64,000 bases of DNA from the human T2T-CHM13v2.0 reference genome, Homo sapiens (GCF_009914755.1 NC_060943.1); one strand, 5' to 3'. Counted from the first letter of the stretch, positions 20,176 to 45,568 are shown. Numbers and translations: made by a program. Notes: generated by a model not told the origin, from the letters alone.

Positions 20176-20411
20176 TAATTTTTATATTTTTAGTAAAGGT
20201 GGGTTTCACCGTGTTGGCCAGGCTGATCACCATGTTGGCCACTCCTGGGCTCAAGTGATCCTCCTGCCTCAGCCACCCAAAGTGCTGGGATTACAGGCGA
20301 GAGTCACCGTGCCCGGCCTGAGCTTTAGTATTGAGAGTAGCAGTTCTTGGCCGGGCGCGGTGGCTCACGCCTGTAATCCCAGCACTTTGGGTGGCTGAGG
20401 CGGGCGGATCA

Positions 20412-20850
<439 letters not shown>

Positions 20851-21100
20851 TAAAGATATCAAAGTCTTTGGGAGGCTGAGGTGGGAGGATCGCTTGAGGC
20901 CAGGAGTTCAAGGCCACTCTGAGCAACACAGCGAGACCCCATCTTTGCAAAAAGAGAAACAAAAACAGAGAAGAGGCCGGCCGTGGTGGCTCATGCCTGT
21001 CATCCCAGCACTTTGGGAGGCCGAGACGGGCGGATCAGGAGTTCGAGACCAGCCTGACCAACATGGTGAAACCCTGTCTCTACTAAAAATACAAAAATTA

Positions 21101-21482
<382 letters not shown>

Positions 21483-21914
21483 TAGTAGAGACGGGGGTTT
21501 CACCCTGTTAGCCGGGATGGCCTTGATCTCCTGACCTCGTGATCCGCCCACCTCGATCTCCCAAAGTGCTGAGATTCCAGGCGTGAGCCACCACACCCGG
21601 CCTAGTGATGGAAATTTTCTAAAATTGGATTGTGGTTATGGTTGTGCAGTTGGACACATTTGCTAAAAGTCATTGAACAATATGCTTTAAATGTATGACG
21701 TCATCTTATGTAAATTACGTCAACGAAGCGCTCATATAACATTTGACCTGTAGGGGGTAGCAGAGACCATAGGTTCAATTCAGAACAGCCCCTCCCTGCC
21801 TTGAGGGTCTCAATGGGATGAACCCATCCCTTTCACTTAGGAGTCCTGATTGGAATGAAGAATTGGGCAGCTGGGAATTTCCCCTCAATAGCCTAAAATG
21901 CCTTGTTTAACTAA

Positions 21915-22657
<743 letters not shown>

Positions 22658-23098
22658 TAAAATGTAAACTACGATCCACAGCTTGACCTTCAAAAGACTC
22701 CAATCCTTTACTTTCTTTTTTTGTTTTTTATTTATTTATTTTTTGTAGAGATGGGATCTTGCTATGTTGCCCAGCTGGTCTCGAACTCCTAGGCTCAAGC
22801 AAGCCTCCTGCCACAGCCTCCAGAGTAGCTGGGACTGAGGGTGTGAGCTACCATAACTGGCCTTGATGGGAACCAGTGTCCAGAGGAAGTGCAGGGCCCC
22901 ATCAGGCCCAGGCATGCCATAGGGGCAAAGCTAGCGTGGACCCTCGCAACTGAGACATCCAAGGAAAGCAGACACCAAAAAACATGCATGTGGGTGGGTT
23001 AAAGTGCTCCCCACTCTGGCCAGGCACGGTGGCTCACTCCTGTAATCCCAGCACTTTGGGAGGCTGAGGCGGGTGGATCACTTGAGGTCAGGAGTTCA

Positions 23099-23338
<240 letters not shown>

Positions 23339-23457
23339 CTAGCAATAATTTACAGAGCCCGTCCAGGACAGACAAGGAAGAATGAAACAAACAAGAAAAT
23401 ATCACAGGGTGGTGGGACGATTAGGAAAACTCGGGAAAGATGGAGTGATTTAAATCA

Positions 23458-23616
<159 letters not shown>

Positions 23617-23694
23617 TCATGCCTGTAATCCCAGCACTTAGGGAGGCCGAGGCAGGCGGATCATGAGGTCAGGAGATCGAGACCATCCTGGCTA

Positions 23695-23956
<262 letters not shown>

Positions 23957-24675
23957 TCAGGAGGCTGAGGCAGGATAATCACTTGAACCCAGGAGGCAGA
24001 GGTTGCAGTGAGCCAAGATCACACCACTGCGCTCCAGCCTGGGCAACAGAGAGAGACCCTGGGTCTCAAAATAAATAAATAAATAAATAAATAAATACAA
24101 TAAGAGAAACATCACTGAGAAGAGATTTGTTAATTGAATTCTGGATGACAGAGGGTGTTCGATTGAAGAGGGGATAAAGAAAGACTCAAACACCCAGGAG
24201 TTCGAGACCAGCTTGTGCAATATAGGGAGACCCTGTCTCTGCAAAAACAAACAAAAATTACCTGGGCGTGGTGGCAGGGGACTGTAGTTCCAGTTACGCA
24301 GGAGGCTGAGGCCAGAGGATCGCTCGGGCCTGGAAGTTTGAGGCTGCAGTTAGCTGTGATCACCCTACTGCACTTAGCCTGTGAGTCTCAGTCCCTGTCT
24401 CAAAAAAAAAAAAAAAAATAGAGGCTTGAACATGAATAATTATTCATCAGTGACCCTATGTTGAACCAACAAAGCTGCCCCCTGATTCTGGACCATCAGA
24501 AACTGTGAGATAATAAATGTTGATTGTTTCAACAATTCGTGTAAATGGCCCAGCAAGTTTAGGGGCAATTTGTTACACAGCAATAGCTAACTAATGTCTC
24601 TGGATTTCTTTTGAGAGGAAAGCCAGGTCCAGGAGATTCAAAACCCACTTCTTTTTTTTTTTTTTTTTTTTTTGA

Positions 24676-24783
<108 letters not shown>

Positions 24784-25247
24784 TAGGTGGGATTACAAGT
24801 GCGCGCCACTACACCCAGCTAGTTTTTTCATTTTTAGTAGAGACGAGGTTCCATCATGTTGACTCAGCTGGTCTTGAAATCCTGACCTCAGGTGATCCGC
24901 CCACCTCGGCCTCCCAAAGTGCTGGGATTACAGGCGTGAGCCACCGTGCCTGGCCCTCAAAACCCACTTTTGGAGTGGATGTGGATGCCCCTTCCTCCAA
25001 GCTTGGGTTCATGAGGAGGTCCAGTCTAATGCCACTACCTGAGCAGATCCTAACTGGATCTCTCTATGATGGCGTAAGGGTTATGGGAATACCTCCTGGA
25101 GCAAGACTGCCTGGGATAAAATCCTAGTTTACTTAGCAACTGTGTGGTCCTAAGTAGGTCACTTAGCTTCTCTGGGACTTAATTTCCTCCTATGTAAAAT
25201 GGGATTTAGTGGTTGATGAAAACATTGAGTTGTTATAGTTACTCATA

Positions 25248-27832
<2,585 letters not shown>

Positions 27833-27850
27833 AGTTTCTTTTTTGAGCCT

Positions 27851-28905
<1,055 letters not shown>

Positions 28906-29014
28906 AGCTTCTTTCTACCAGGTGGCAGGAGGCAAACCTCATCAATCCTAGCCACTTCCACAAACTCACTCTTCCTGTGACAGGGGGTTGGTGTGGAGCC
29001 TGAGGGTGGGGGTG

Positions 29015-29845
<831 letters not shown>

Positions 29846-30312
29846 GGCCAGGCTCATTCCTGTAATGCCAACAATTTGGGAGGCCCTGGCAGGAGGATTG
29901 CTTGAGCCCAGCTGTATAAGACTGGCTTGGGCAACATAGCCAGACCTCATCTCTACAGAAAATTTAAAAATTAGCCAGGCATGGTGGTGTACGCCTGTAG
30001 TCCCAGCTACTCAAAAGGCTGAGGTGGGAGGATCGCTTGAACCCAGGAGGTCACAGCTGAGTGAGCTATGATTGCACCACTGCACTCCAACCAGAGCAAT
30101 AGAGCAAGACTCCATCTCTAAAAAAACAAGAACAGGGCCAGGCATGGTGGCCTGCGGCTGTAATCCTAGCATTCTGGGAGGCCGAGGTGGGTGGATCGGA
30201 TCACCTGAGGTCAGGAGCTGGAGACCAGCCTGCCCAACATGGGAAAACCCCGTCCCTACTTAAAATACAAAAATTAGCTGGGCGTGGTGGTGGGCACCTG
30301 CAATCCCAGCTA

Positions 30313-31070
<758 letters not shown>

Positions 31071-31925
31071 TGAGTTTTTAGTAGAGGTGGGGTTTCATCA
31101 TATTGGCCAGACTGGTCTCAAACTCCTGACCTCAGGTGATCCACCCGCCTCAGCCTCCCGAAGTGCTGGGATTATAGGCATGGGTCACTGCGCCTGGCCG
31201 CAATTCTTTTTTCGACACAGGGTCTTGCTCTGTTGCCCAGGCTGGAGTGCAGTGGTACAGTCTCGGTTCAGAGCAGGCTCAACTTCCCAGGCTCAAGTGA
31301 TCCTCCCACCTCAGCCTCCCGAGCAACTGGGACGACAGGTGTGTGCCACCGTGCCTGGCTAATTTTTTATTTTTTATAGAAATGGGGTCTCACTTTGTTG
31401 CCCAGGCTGGTCTTGAAGTCCTAGGCTCAAGCGATCGTCCTGCCTTGGCCTTCCAAAGTGCTGGCATTGCAGACATGAACCACGGCACCCAGCAAGGTAG
31501 TTTGCTTGTGTAAAACAAAAACTCCAAAGTATTTGGAATGCAAATGCCTTTTGTCTCAAACCTTCTAGACTTTGAGTTTCCAAGTCAACCAAACAACTCA
31601 AAAGCCAAGAACAAGGAGGAAATATTGGCTTCCTTCCTTCCTGTCTGCTGTGTCATCTGTCTCCTCCCTGAGGGGTCAAGGGAAATTGCTCCCTGCTGGC
31701 TGGGCTGGAGTGGCCAGGGCACAGCCAAAGGGAAGGACCCAGGGTGACCACACTCCAGGGAATTCCCTCCAACCCCACTCACGGGGGTTTTAAATCAGGG
31801 AGAAATGGGCCACGCTGGTGGCTCACGCCTGTAATCCCAGCACTTTGGGAGGCCAAGGTGGGCAGATCACAAGGTCAGGAGTTCGAGACCAGCCTGACCA
31901 ACATGGTGAAACCCTGTCTCTACTA

Positions 31926-32189
<264 letters not shown>

Positions 32190-32192
32190 TTA

Positions 32193-33030
<838 letters not shown>

Positions 33031-33263
33031 GAGTCTTGGATAAAGCAACGTGCCCAGCTGAAAGTCTACAATCAGAGGGAGGGGAAAAAGCAAAGCCCAT
33101 ATTAGGAGGCTGGACCATAAATAAAACACACTTTAATTATGCAGCTGGGTGCAGTGGCTCACGCCTGTAATCCCAGCACTTTAGGAGGCCGAGATGAGTG
33201 GATCACTTGAGGTCAGGAGTTTGAGACCATCCTGGCCAACATGGTGAAACTCCATCTCTACTA

Positions 33264-33461
<198 letters not shown>

Positions 33462-33464
33462 TCA

Positions 33465-33887
<423 letters not shown>

Positions 33888-34461
33888 CTACTTGTCCCAG
33901 CATTGAAACCCTCAGTTCCCCGCAGCGAGAGAGCACAGAACAGAAAACAGGGAAGAGTTTCTCTGGCTGGGTTTGGATCTGAAGTCAGCAGACCTATCGG
34001 GCGTTTGTGTCACATGGGGAGGTCAGAGGATGGGAGGCGTCTCTGTAGGAGAATCCTGACAGCATTCTCTGCATTTAGAACATGCAGGGCTTAGAGCTAT
34101 CGTGGGAGGCTCCCGCCACAGGAGCCACTGAGATTACAAGATTAGCTGCAATCCAAACCACATTCGGAAAAAAATAAAATAAGAAAGGGAGATACAGGCC
34201 CGGTGGCGGCACAGTGGCTCATGCCTGTAATCCATAGTACTTTGGGAGGTGGAGGTGGGAGGATCACTTGGGGTCAGGAGTTCAAGACCAGCCGGGGCAA
34301 TGTACTGAGACTCCCCTCCCCCTCGCCCTGTGTTTAAAAAAAAAAAGAGGAAATAAAGGGAAATATAGGGAAGGGAAGGGAGGGTTGGGAGGTCTCTTCA
34401 ATGAGATCCTTCCTTCCTTCCTTCCTTCCCTCCCTCCCTCCCTTCTTTTTTTTTTTTTTGA

Positions 34462-34761
<300 letters not shown>

Positions 34762-35127
34762 TAGCTGGGATTACAGATGTGCATCACCGTGCCCGGCTGA
34801 TTTTTGTATTTTTAGTAGAGGTAGGGTTTCAGCATGTTGGCCAGGCTGGTCTGGAACTCCTGACCTCAAGTGATCTCCTGCTTCGGCCTCTCAAAGTGCT
34901 GGAATTACAGGCGTGAGCCACCACGCCTGGCCTGATGTGGTGATTTTTTTTTTTTTTTTCTGAGACAGAGTCTTGCTGTGTCACCCTGGCTGAAGTGCAG
35001 TGGCACAATCTCGACTCACTGCAACCTCCGCCTCCCAGGTTCAAGTGATTCTTCTGCCTAAGCCTCCAGAGTAGCTGGGACTACAGGTGCCTATCACCAT
35101 GCCTGGCTAATTTTTGTATTTTAGTAG

Positions 35128-35379
<252 letters not shown>

Positions 35380-35721
35380 TGATCCACCCGCCTCGGCCTC
35401 CCAAAGTTCTGGGATTACAGGTGTGACCCGGCCAAGCTGGGGTTTCACCATGTTGGCCAGGCTGGTCTCGAACCCCTGACCTCAGATGATCCACCCACCT
35501 CTGCCTCCCAAAGTGCTGGGATTACAGGCGTGCACCACAGCACCTGGCCCAACGTGGTGATTTCTAAGTAGGGAGCTGAGGGAGTAAGGAGCCAGCCGGT
35601 GGCTGTCTGAGGGAGACTGTCCCTGGCAGAGTGAACTGCTAATGCCAGTACCAGGTCCTGGGCCAAACAGAAAGAAACGGGCTCTCACTCCAGAACTGCA
35701 GCTTGACCACTATATATATAA

Positions 35722-35874
<153 letters not shown>

Positions 35875-36729
35875 TGAGACTACAGGTGCATGACCACCAC
35901 ACTTGGCTAATTTTTAAATTTTTTGTAGAGACGCGGTGTCACTGTGTTGCCCAGGCTGGTCTCCAACTCCTGGCCTCAAGCAATCCTCCCACCTCAGCCT
36001 TCCAAAATGCTGGGATCACAGGTGTGAGCCATGGTGACTTGGCTTCATATTTTGAATAGGCCAAAACAAAACTCCGAAATCCCCTTACTCCTATCCCCAC
36101 GACCCCACACAGCAGGTTTCTCTCGCTCTGCAGCAACCCACTTACCTCTCGGAAATCATCCCAGGCCTGTTCGGAGTGCACGCAGCCCCGTTAGCCTCCC
36201 TGGCTGCTCCTGTAACCAGCCCAGCTCTGCCTGAGAGGTTCCGCTATTCCCTCCGTCTGGAATACCCACCACTCTCTCCCACCCCGCGCTTGCATCCGGC
36301 AATACTGTATCAGCCTCAGGGCCTCTGCTGTCCCGCTTTCTGCTCTCAGAGCCTTTGTCACTGGGCTGGAAGAGCAGTTGGGAAAATTCGGTGATAAATG
36401 CATAGCCCGGGGCTGGGACCATCAAGGGGACCCAGTAAGTTGGCTCCAGAAAGAGGACTTGAAGCTTCGTTTGCATTGCACGTTATTTAATATTGAGGAA
36501 AATGTAATTAGCCCGTATCTAAGAATTGGGGTGACAGCGCTAAAGATTGAACCCACCCACCTCCCACTCCTCACCTCCAGCCATAAGCCACTTCCGGACA
36601 AGGCTAAAAATGCGTAAAACAATGCAACTACTCGCCACCTATCCCTGCCCAAGTTCCAGCCTCTGAGCCTCAAGCCCCACGCCCTCCTAAATATCCCCGC
36701 CCCCGCTGGGACCCCAAATTGCCTATAGC

Positions 36730-37200
36730 TCTGCAAGTCCGCCCTTCCCGGCAGCGGGACCGAAAGGGTAAAGCAGAGGCTCCCGGCTCGCTGAGTGACA
36801 GCATGGCCGGCGGCCGGGGAGAGCCGACCAATCAGGGAGGGCGTACGCGACCCACGTGCATAAACGGCCTCGCTATTGGCCGGCGCCGCCAGAGGCCTGC
36901 CCCCCCCGGAGCCCGAACCCACGTGCAGCTACTGCGCCTTCATTGATCTGCTTCGCGGTCCAGGTGGCGGCTGGGTGGGGCCTGGGCGGGACGGGGCGGG
37001 GACAAGGCGGGACGAGGCGGGGCCCGATGGGTCAAATGGCCCCCGGTGGGGGAAGGAGGAGTTTCCTCTTGGCCTGAACTTGGCTGACCTCCGCAGCTTC
37101 CGCCCGGTGAGGGACGTGAGTTGCCAGGCGTGTTCCAGGGGGCTGGGGGGACTCCAGGATTCCCGGCCGGGGAAGGGGCTGCAGGGGCGTGGAGGGGCAG
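36730..37200 (+). promoter_or_regulatory. TLE6: TLE6 CpG-island promoter
   Basis: CpG-rich; CCAAT/ATTGG boxes near 36828 and 36875; CACGTG at 36853 and 36920; repeated GGCGGG boxes at 36984-37024. Confidence 0.8.
36930..37106 (+). other. TLE6: TLE6 non-coding exon 1 (TSS approximate)
   Basis: Lies in a CpG island. Donor CCG|GTGAGG at 37107, second candidate donor GAC|GTGAGT at 37116. The next exon opens with an acceptor and 36 nt of UTR. Confidence 0.6.
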
Positions 37201-37729
37201 GACTGAGGCAAGGAAGAAGCTGGGTGCTGCAGCAGGGATGGAGGTGGAGAGAGGTCGTTTCTTCTGTCTGATGAATTCCGCCTAATGCACCTGGCTAACT
37301 CCTATTCATCCTTCAAAACCCCTTTCTAGTGATCTCCCTGCGCTTTAGGAAATTGTCTCAAAACTAAGGTTGAGCTTTGGCGACCTTCCCTGGGCTCCCC
37401 CGTCCCTGACTGCCCCCAGCAGGGAGTGTATGTGCACTATCCACCCCAGCCTCCTAGGGTGAGGCCTGGGAGGCAAGGCTCAGTTCTTTCTGGGTCCCCG
37501 CCCCCATGAATCTGGGCAGCTGGAGGCATTGATAAGTGAGGACAGGACCTAGGGAACGCATGGGAGAACCGCAGGATTGGGTCCCTGGAGACTTACCAAA
37601 CTGGGAGGTGCGGGTGGGGTAACGGGTGCCTTCCTTCCCTGGCACTGCCTTATTTTCTGTCCCTCAAGACCTGCCGTCTCCTTGTTGTTTTAGACTCTGG
37701 CTAAAGTCTTGGAGGCTACTGCCTTGAAG

Positions 37730-37780
37730 ATGACCTCTAGGGACCAGCCCAGACCCAAGGGCCCCCCGAAAAGCACTTCG
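37730..37780 (+). CDS. TLE6: TLE6 exon 2 coding part, MTSRDQPRPKGPPKSTS (exon starts at 37694)
   Basis: Acceptor ttgttgttttag ends 37693; ATG at 37730; donor GTGAGG at 37781. Confidence 0.93.
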
Positions 37781-38469
37781 GTGAGGAGGGCATGTGGTGG
37801 GATCAGCCCTCAAGGGAAACCCGGGCCCAATGTGGTTCTGCCCCTTTTCCACCTGTGACCTGGGCTGGCCCCGCCCAGGCCTCGCAGCTGAAGACAATAC
37901 TGGTCGCTGCTACACTCAAGACAGGTGCCAAGGAGCCGTGTTTTTTAAAAAAAATTAAGTGTAGGCTGGACACTGTGGCTCACAACTGTAATCTCAACAT
38001 TTTTGGAGGCCGAGGCAGGAGGACCACTTGAGCCCAGGAGTTTGAAACCAGCCTGGACAACGTAGTGAGACCCTGTCTCTGTAAAAAATAAAACTAGAAG
38101 AATCAGCTGGGCCTAGTGACGTGGGCCTGTAGTTGCAGCTACTTGGGAGGCTGAGGCAGAGGGTTGGCTTGAGCCCAAGGAGTTTGAGGCTGCAGTGAAC
38201 TATGATGGTGCCACTGCACTCCATCCTTGGTGACAGTGAGATCCCATCTAAAAAAAAATGTAGCATCTAATCACATATGTGATAAAAACACAGGAACACA
38301 TCATGTATTTGGTTGATGTTTTACAAGCAATCCCCGCTCCCTGCACTTTGCGTCCCAGAGATGACCATTTGTAAATTTAGGCTCTCAGGGCTGAGCAGAC
38401 GTTTTTTTTTGTAAAGGAGTCAGATGAGGGATATTTTGTTTTGAGACTTTATGATTTTATTATGTTTGA

Positions 38470-38574
<105 letters not shown>

Positions 38575-38687
38575 TAGCTGGGACTACAAGCACCTGCCAC
38601 CATGACCACCAAATTTTTCTTGTATTTTTAGTAGAGACTGGGTTTCACCATGTTGGCCAGGCTGGTCTCGAGCTCCTGACCTCGTGA

Positions 38688-38941
<254 letters not shown>

Positions 38942-39182
38942 TGAGTTGCCCAGGGTTGTCTCAAACTCCTGACCTCAGGTGATCTGCTCACCTCGGCCTC
39001 CCAAAGTGCTGGGATTACAGGCATGAGCCACCTTGCCCGGACTTTTATTTTTAAAAATATTTTGTGCTTCTATTTTCATCACAAGAATGTGGTGAACATT
39101 TTAGACTTTAGGCCAAAGTGCAAAATGGAAGATGCTCTTTACTGAAATAAGAGAGGCCGGGCGCGGTGGTTCATGCCTGTCA

Positions 39183-39515
<333 letters not shown>

Positions 39516-39589
39516 CTATGCCATGTTGAGGTGGAGACCGGGGGTCTTGGGTGTTGGAGCATTGTAAGTTTTATGTAACCTTGCTTTGA

Positions 39590-39682
<93 letters not shown>

Positions 39683-41036
39683 TGAGAGCAATTCCAGGGG
39701 CCGGAGGTCTCACGCTGGGAAGGAGCCCCACCTGGCCTCTCTCCCGGGGGTCCTAGTGAGTGGTCTAGAAGCTGCTGGCCCAAGAGCCAGGCTCAGGAAC
39801 AGGAAGCCATGCAGATACCCAGCATGGAGAACCCGGCAATACCCATCCCAGCTTTTGATTAAACAAAATTACCAACAAATATTAAAATTTTGATTTTCCT
39901 GTTCGACATGGATTTGTTGGCATTCAATTTTATTGTTGAAAAATACTGCAACGGCTGGGTATGGTGGCTCGCACCTGTAATCCCAGCACTTTGGGAGGCG
40001 GAGGCGGGCGGATTGCTTGAGGTCAGGAGATCAAGATCAGCCTGGCCAACATGGTGAAACCGCGTCTCTACAAAAAATACAAAAATCAGCCAGGCTTGGT
40101 GGTGGGTGCCTGTAATCCCAACTACTTGGGAAACTGAGGCAGGAGAATCTCTTGAACCCAGGAGGCGGAGGGTTGCAGTGAGCCAGGATCACACCATTAC
40201 ACTCAAGCCTAAGGCTACAGAGTGAGACTCGGTCTTTAAAAAAAAAAAAAAAAAAAAGTACTGCATGGGCTGGGTGCAGTGGCTTGCACTTGTAATCCCA
40301 GCACTTTGGGAGGCAGAGGCAGGAAGATCGCTTGAGCCCGGAGTTCAATACCAGCCTTGGCAACATAGCGAGATGCCATCTCTTAAAAAATAAAAAAAAT
40401 CTAGCTGAGTGTGGTGGTGCACACCTGTAGTCCCAGCTACTCAGGAGACTGAGGCAGGAGGATCATCTGAGCCCAGGAATTGGAGGCTGCAGTGAGCCAT
40501 GATTGTACCACTGCACCCTAGCTCGGGCAACAGGGTGAGATTCTGTTTCAAAAAAAAAAAATTGAAGAAAGTGGCGGGGCGCGGTGGCTCAAGCCTGTTG
40601 TAATCCCAGCACTTTGGGAGGCCGAGGTGGGCGGATCACCTGGAGTCAGGGGTTTGACACCAGCCTGGCCACCATGGTGAAACACTGTTTCTATTAAAAA
40701 TACAAAAAAATAGCTGGGTGTGGTGGCAGGTGTCTGTAATCCCAGCTACTCGGGAGGTCGAGGCAGGAGGATCTCTTGAACCCAGGAGGCGGAGGTTGCA
40801 GTGACACTGCACTCCAGCCTGGGTGACAAGAGTGAGACTCTGTCTCAAAAAAAAAAAAAAAAGAATATACTGCATTAAAATCTTACTGAACTTCTTGACA
40901 CTGCCTTAAATTTGGCTTCTGGAGCCAGTGCCTTCCAGCTTCATTGAGACCCTCCCTAGGGGTTGAGGGTGGGGCTCACTCTGGGGACGGAGTCCTGAAG
41001 CCACAGGTCTTCCAGCCTGTCCTCCTTCCCCCTCAG

Positions 41037-41082
41037 GTTTTCTCCTCATTTTGCTGCGGAGTTGGAGAGCATTTACTACTCG
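41037..41082 (+). CDS. TLE6: TLE6 exon 4, (R)FSPHFAAELESIYYS
   Basis: ccctcag acceptor, GTGAGC donor, 46 nt. Confidence 0.92.
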
Positions 41083-41260
41083 GTGAGCCAGACCCAGGCA
41101 GCCCCAACCAAGGAGGGCCCCACTGGGACAAGCTGAGGCCCTGGTTTCCCGGCCCTGCCTCCTGAGTGCCCTAGAGAGGTTCTTTTCCGCCAAGCACTGT
41201 GCCTCACGCCTGTAATCCCAGCACTATGGGAGGGCGAGGCAGGTGGATCACCTGAGGTCA

Positions 41261-41599
<339 letters not shown>

Positions 41600-41646
41600 T
41601 CACACCCGGACCACCTCCCGATGGGATCTCTGTTTTCCCTTTGCAG

Positions 41647-42213
<567 letters not shown>

Positions 42214-42699
42214 TTAGTGGAGGCCCCATATCTTGGGGAGCATCTCCTGTCCTGTCTCTGAGCTGCTTCCAAGAGAGGGTCAGTCCTGCTCCTTCCGCTC
42301 CCTGGGCCCCTGCGCAACCTAGATGACCCTTTGCCGGTCAGTTGCTTTGGACAGAGAGAGCCTGTGATGGGGCAGGCACCCGGCTGTGTTCCCCTGCGTG
42401 TCTGAGTGTTCAATGAGGGGCCATATGACATGGGAGTGAGGGGAGCTCTGCATGGGAGGGGGCGCCCGGGCTCCCATCTCCCAGCCCAGGGCGCCTGGCC
42501 CAAGCAGAAGTACGCCTTCCAGCCCTGCCTGTCCTCCCGCCACCTGGCCTTTTCTCCCAGGCGCTGGCAGGATTTTCCGCCTGTGCCAGATGTAACTGGC
42601 AGGGGCCCAGGGCCGTGTCTGCAACTTAGCAGGGCCTGGGAGGAGGGGGGCAGCGAAGGGAACAGGGTGAGGGGGTGCCAGGAAGCAACCAAAACATGG

Positions 42700-43400
42700 T
42701 TATTCATTCAGCAGATATTTATCCATCACCTCCTTGCCAAATACTGTTGTAGAAGCCAGGAAAATAGCAAAGAACGACGCAGAGCTTCCCACCCTTGGGG
42801 CGAGTGGAGCCTGGTAGATGGAGTGTTAGGGGATGAGGGCTGGGCAAGGCGGGGGATGGAAGAGAGCAGCCCCAAGGGGATTGGGGAGGCCAGGGTGGGC
42901 GAGGGTTGCAATTCAGGGTGGTCAGGGAAGGCATGCGAGAAGGTGACATCTGAGCGGAGGCTTAAAGGACATCAAAGAGGAAGTGTGGCTGTCTGGGATG
43001 GGAGGGATATTTCAGGCAGAGGGCACAGCCTGTGTGAAGGCCCTGAGGCAGGACGGTGCCTGTTGTGTTGGTCCTGAAGGCACTACGAGGAAGCCCGCAT
43101 GGCTGGAGCAGAGTGAGAGGAGGAGGGGGGGAGGGCAGGCCACGCATGGCCCTGTGAGCTTCAGGGAGGACTTGGGCTTTGAACCCTGAGGGAGGGAGGT
43201 GGGAGCCATGGAGGGCTTCAGACAGAGGGCAGGCCCTGGCTACTGCGGAGAGGACAGAGAAGAAGGAGGAGGGATGAGGGCAGAAGCCCGGGAACCAGTT
43301 AGGACAGTCCAGGTGTGGAATGCTGGTTGCTTAGTGATGAGAAGTAATTGAATAATTGTGGACGTGTTTTGGGAGGAACTTGACCGCAGCTGCTGAGCAT
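42700..43400 (-). mobile_element. Old L2 fragments in TLE6 intron 5
   Basis: ATTCATTCAGCAGATATTTAT; GGTCAGGGAAGGC...AAGGTGACATCTGAGC; CAGGCAGAGGGCACAGC.TGTG.AAGGCCCTGAGGCAGGA. Confidence 0.6.
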
Positions 43401-43946
43401 CAGGATACGCAGGGGGTGAGGGCTCCAGAGCAAAGGAGCCACTTCGGTTGCAGCCAGACCCAGGAGGGTCCCTGCCCAGCCCCCACTGCAGGGGGCCCCA
43501 GGATCCCTGGCAGCCCAGCCTGGCCTGTGGTCCTGGGCAGTCCGCTTCCCCCACCCGCTGCTTCCAGTTCCGGGCTTTCCCAGCCGCCTCGCTGTGCTTT
43601 CAAAATCGCCATCAGCACAGCCCCCTCCTCCGACAGCCCGCCTGCCACTCTCCCCCGGGAGGGCTGCTAGCAGGCACAAGGGAGCCACACTTTTCATGCT
43701 GAGCGCATTAAAGTGCCGGTAAATTGCGCATTAACGAGGCGGGGTGAATTGGAGAGGGCTCCCCTGGGATTTGCTGCTGCTGGGCGGGCTCAGCTGGGAA
43801 ATCCATCACTGGCTGCCCCAGGAGGCATCAGCCTGGAGTCCCCCCCCCCCCGCGGGGCTCCGATGGAGGGTCTCCCCTCCCGGCCCCTCCCTCCGCCGTC
43901 CTGCTAAGGAAACAGACAGGTAGCCTTTTTGTAGAAAAAAACTTAA

Positions 43947-44294
<348 letters not shown>

Positions 44295-45373
44295 TAGACA
44301 TTCCATATGCATGACTATATTTATGTATTATTCCAATTCTACTTGTACTGGATGGTATTGATCTCGATTTTATTCTGTTTACTGAGAAACTACATTTAAC
44401 TTCGGGATTGACAGTGGTCAGATGGCTTGATTTTTGTTGTTGTTTGTTCGTTTTAAATAAAACACCAGACTGGGTGAGGTGGCTCACGCCTGTAATCCCA
44501 GCACTTTGGGAGGCTGAGGTGGGCAGATCACCTGACGTCAGGAGTTCGAGACCAGCCTGGCCAACATGGAGAAACCCCATTTCTACTAAAAATACAAAAT
44601 TAGCTGGGCATGGTGGCGGGTGCCTGTAATCCCAGCTACTTGGGAGCCTGAGGCAGGAGAATTGCTTTAACCCAGGAGGCAGAGGTTACAGTGAGCAGAG
44701 GTGGTGCCATTGCACTCCAGCCTGGGCGACAGAGCAAGACTGTCTCAAAAGAGAAAAAAAAATTACCACTGACTTGTTTCTATCAATTCTCCCCAGCAGG
44801 TAACCCTCAGTTTCTTAGTATCTTTCCAAAGTTTAAGCAAATTAAAACGTCTTCCTCACCTAGGGAGACCTAGGTATGCTGTTTTGCTGCTTGAAGCCTT
44901 TTTTTTTTTTTTTTTTTTTGAGACAAGTCTCGCTCTGTCACCCAGGCTGGAGTGCGGTGGCATCATCTCGCATCTGGGCTCACTGCAAGCTCCGCCTCCT
45001 GGGTTCAAGCCATTCTCCTGCCTCAGCCTCCCGAGTAGCTGGGACTACAGGCACCTGCCACCATGCCTGGCTAATTTTTTTTTTTTTTTTTGTATTTTTA
45101 GTAGAGATGGAGTTTCACCATGTTAGCCAGGATGGTCTCAATCTCCTGACCTCATGATCCGCCCGCCTCGGCCTCCCAGAGTGCTGGGATTACAGGCGTG
45201 AGCCACCGCACCCGGCCTGCTTGAAGTCATTTGAAGCAAAGTGTGGTGGTGGTCAGGTTTTCTTTTTAAAACATCCCAAAAAGAGTAGCTGGGGCCAGGT
45301 GTGGTGGCTCACACCTGTAATCCCAGCACTTTGGGAGGCCAAGGCAGGAGAATCATCTTAGGTCAAGAGTTCA

Positions 45374-45568
<195 letters not shown>

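Noticed and set aside
42406-43077. 223-aa ORF, with an opposite 203-aa ORF at 42096-42707
   Set aside because: GC-rich intron plus L2/Alu remnants, no recognisable domain, non-ATG start codon; chance open frames
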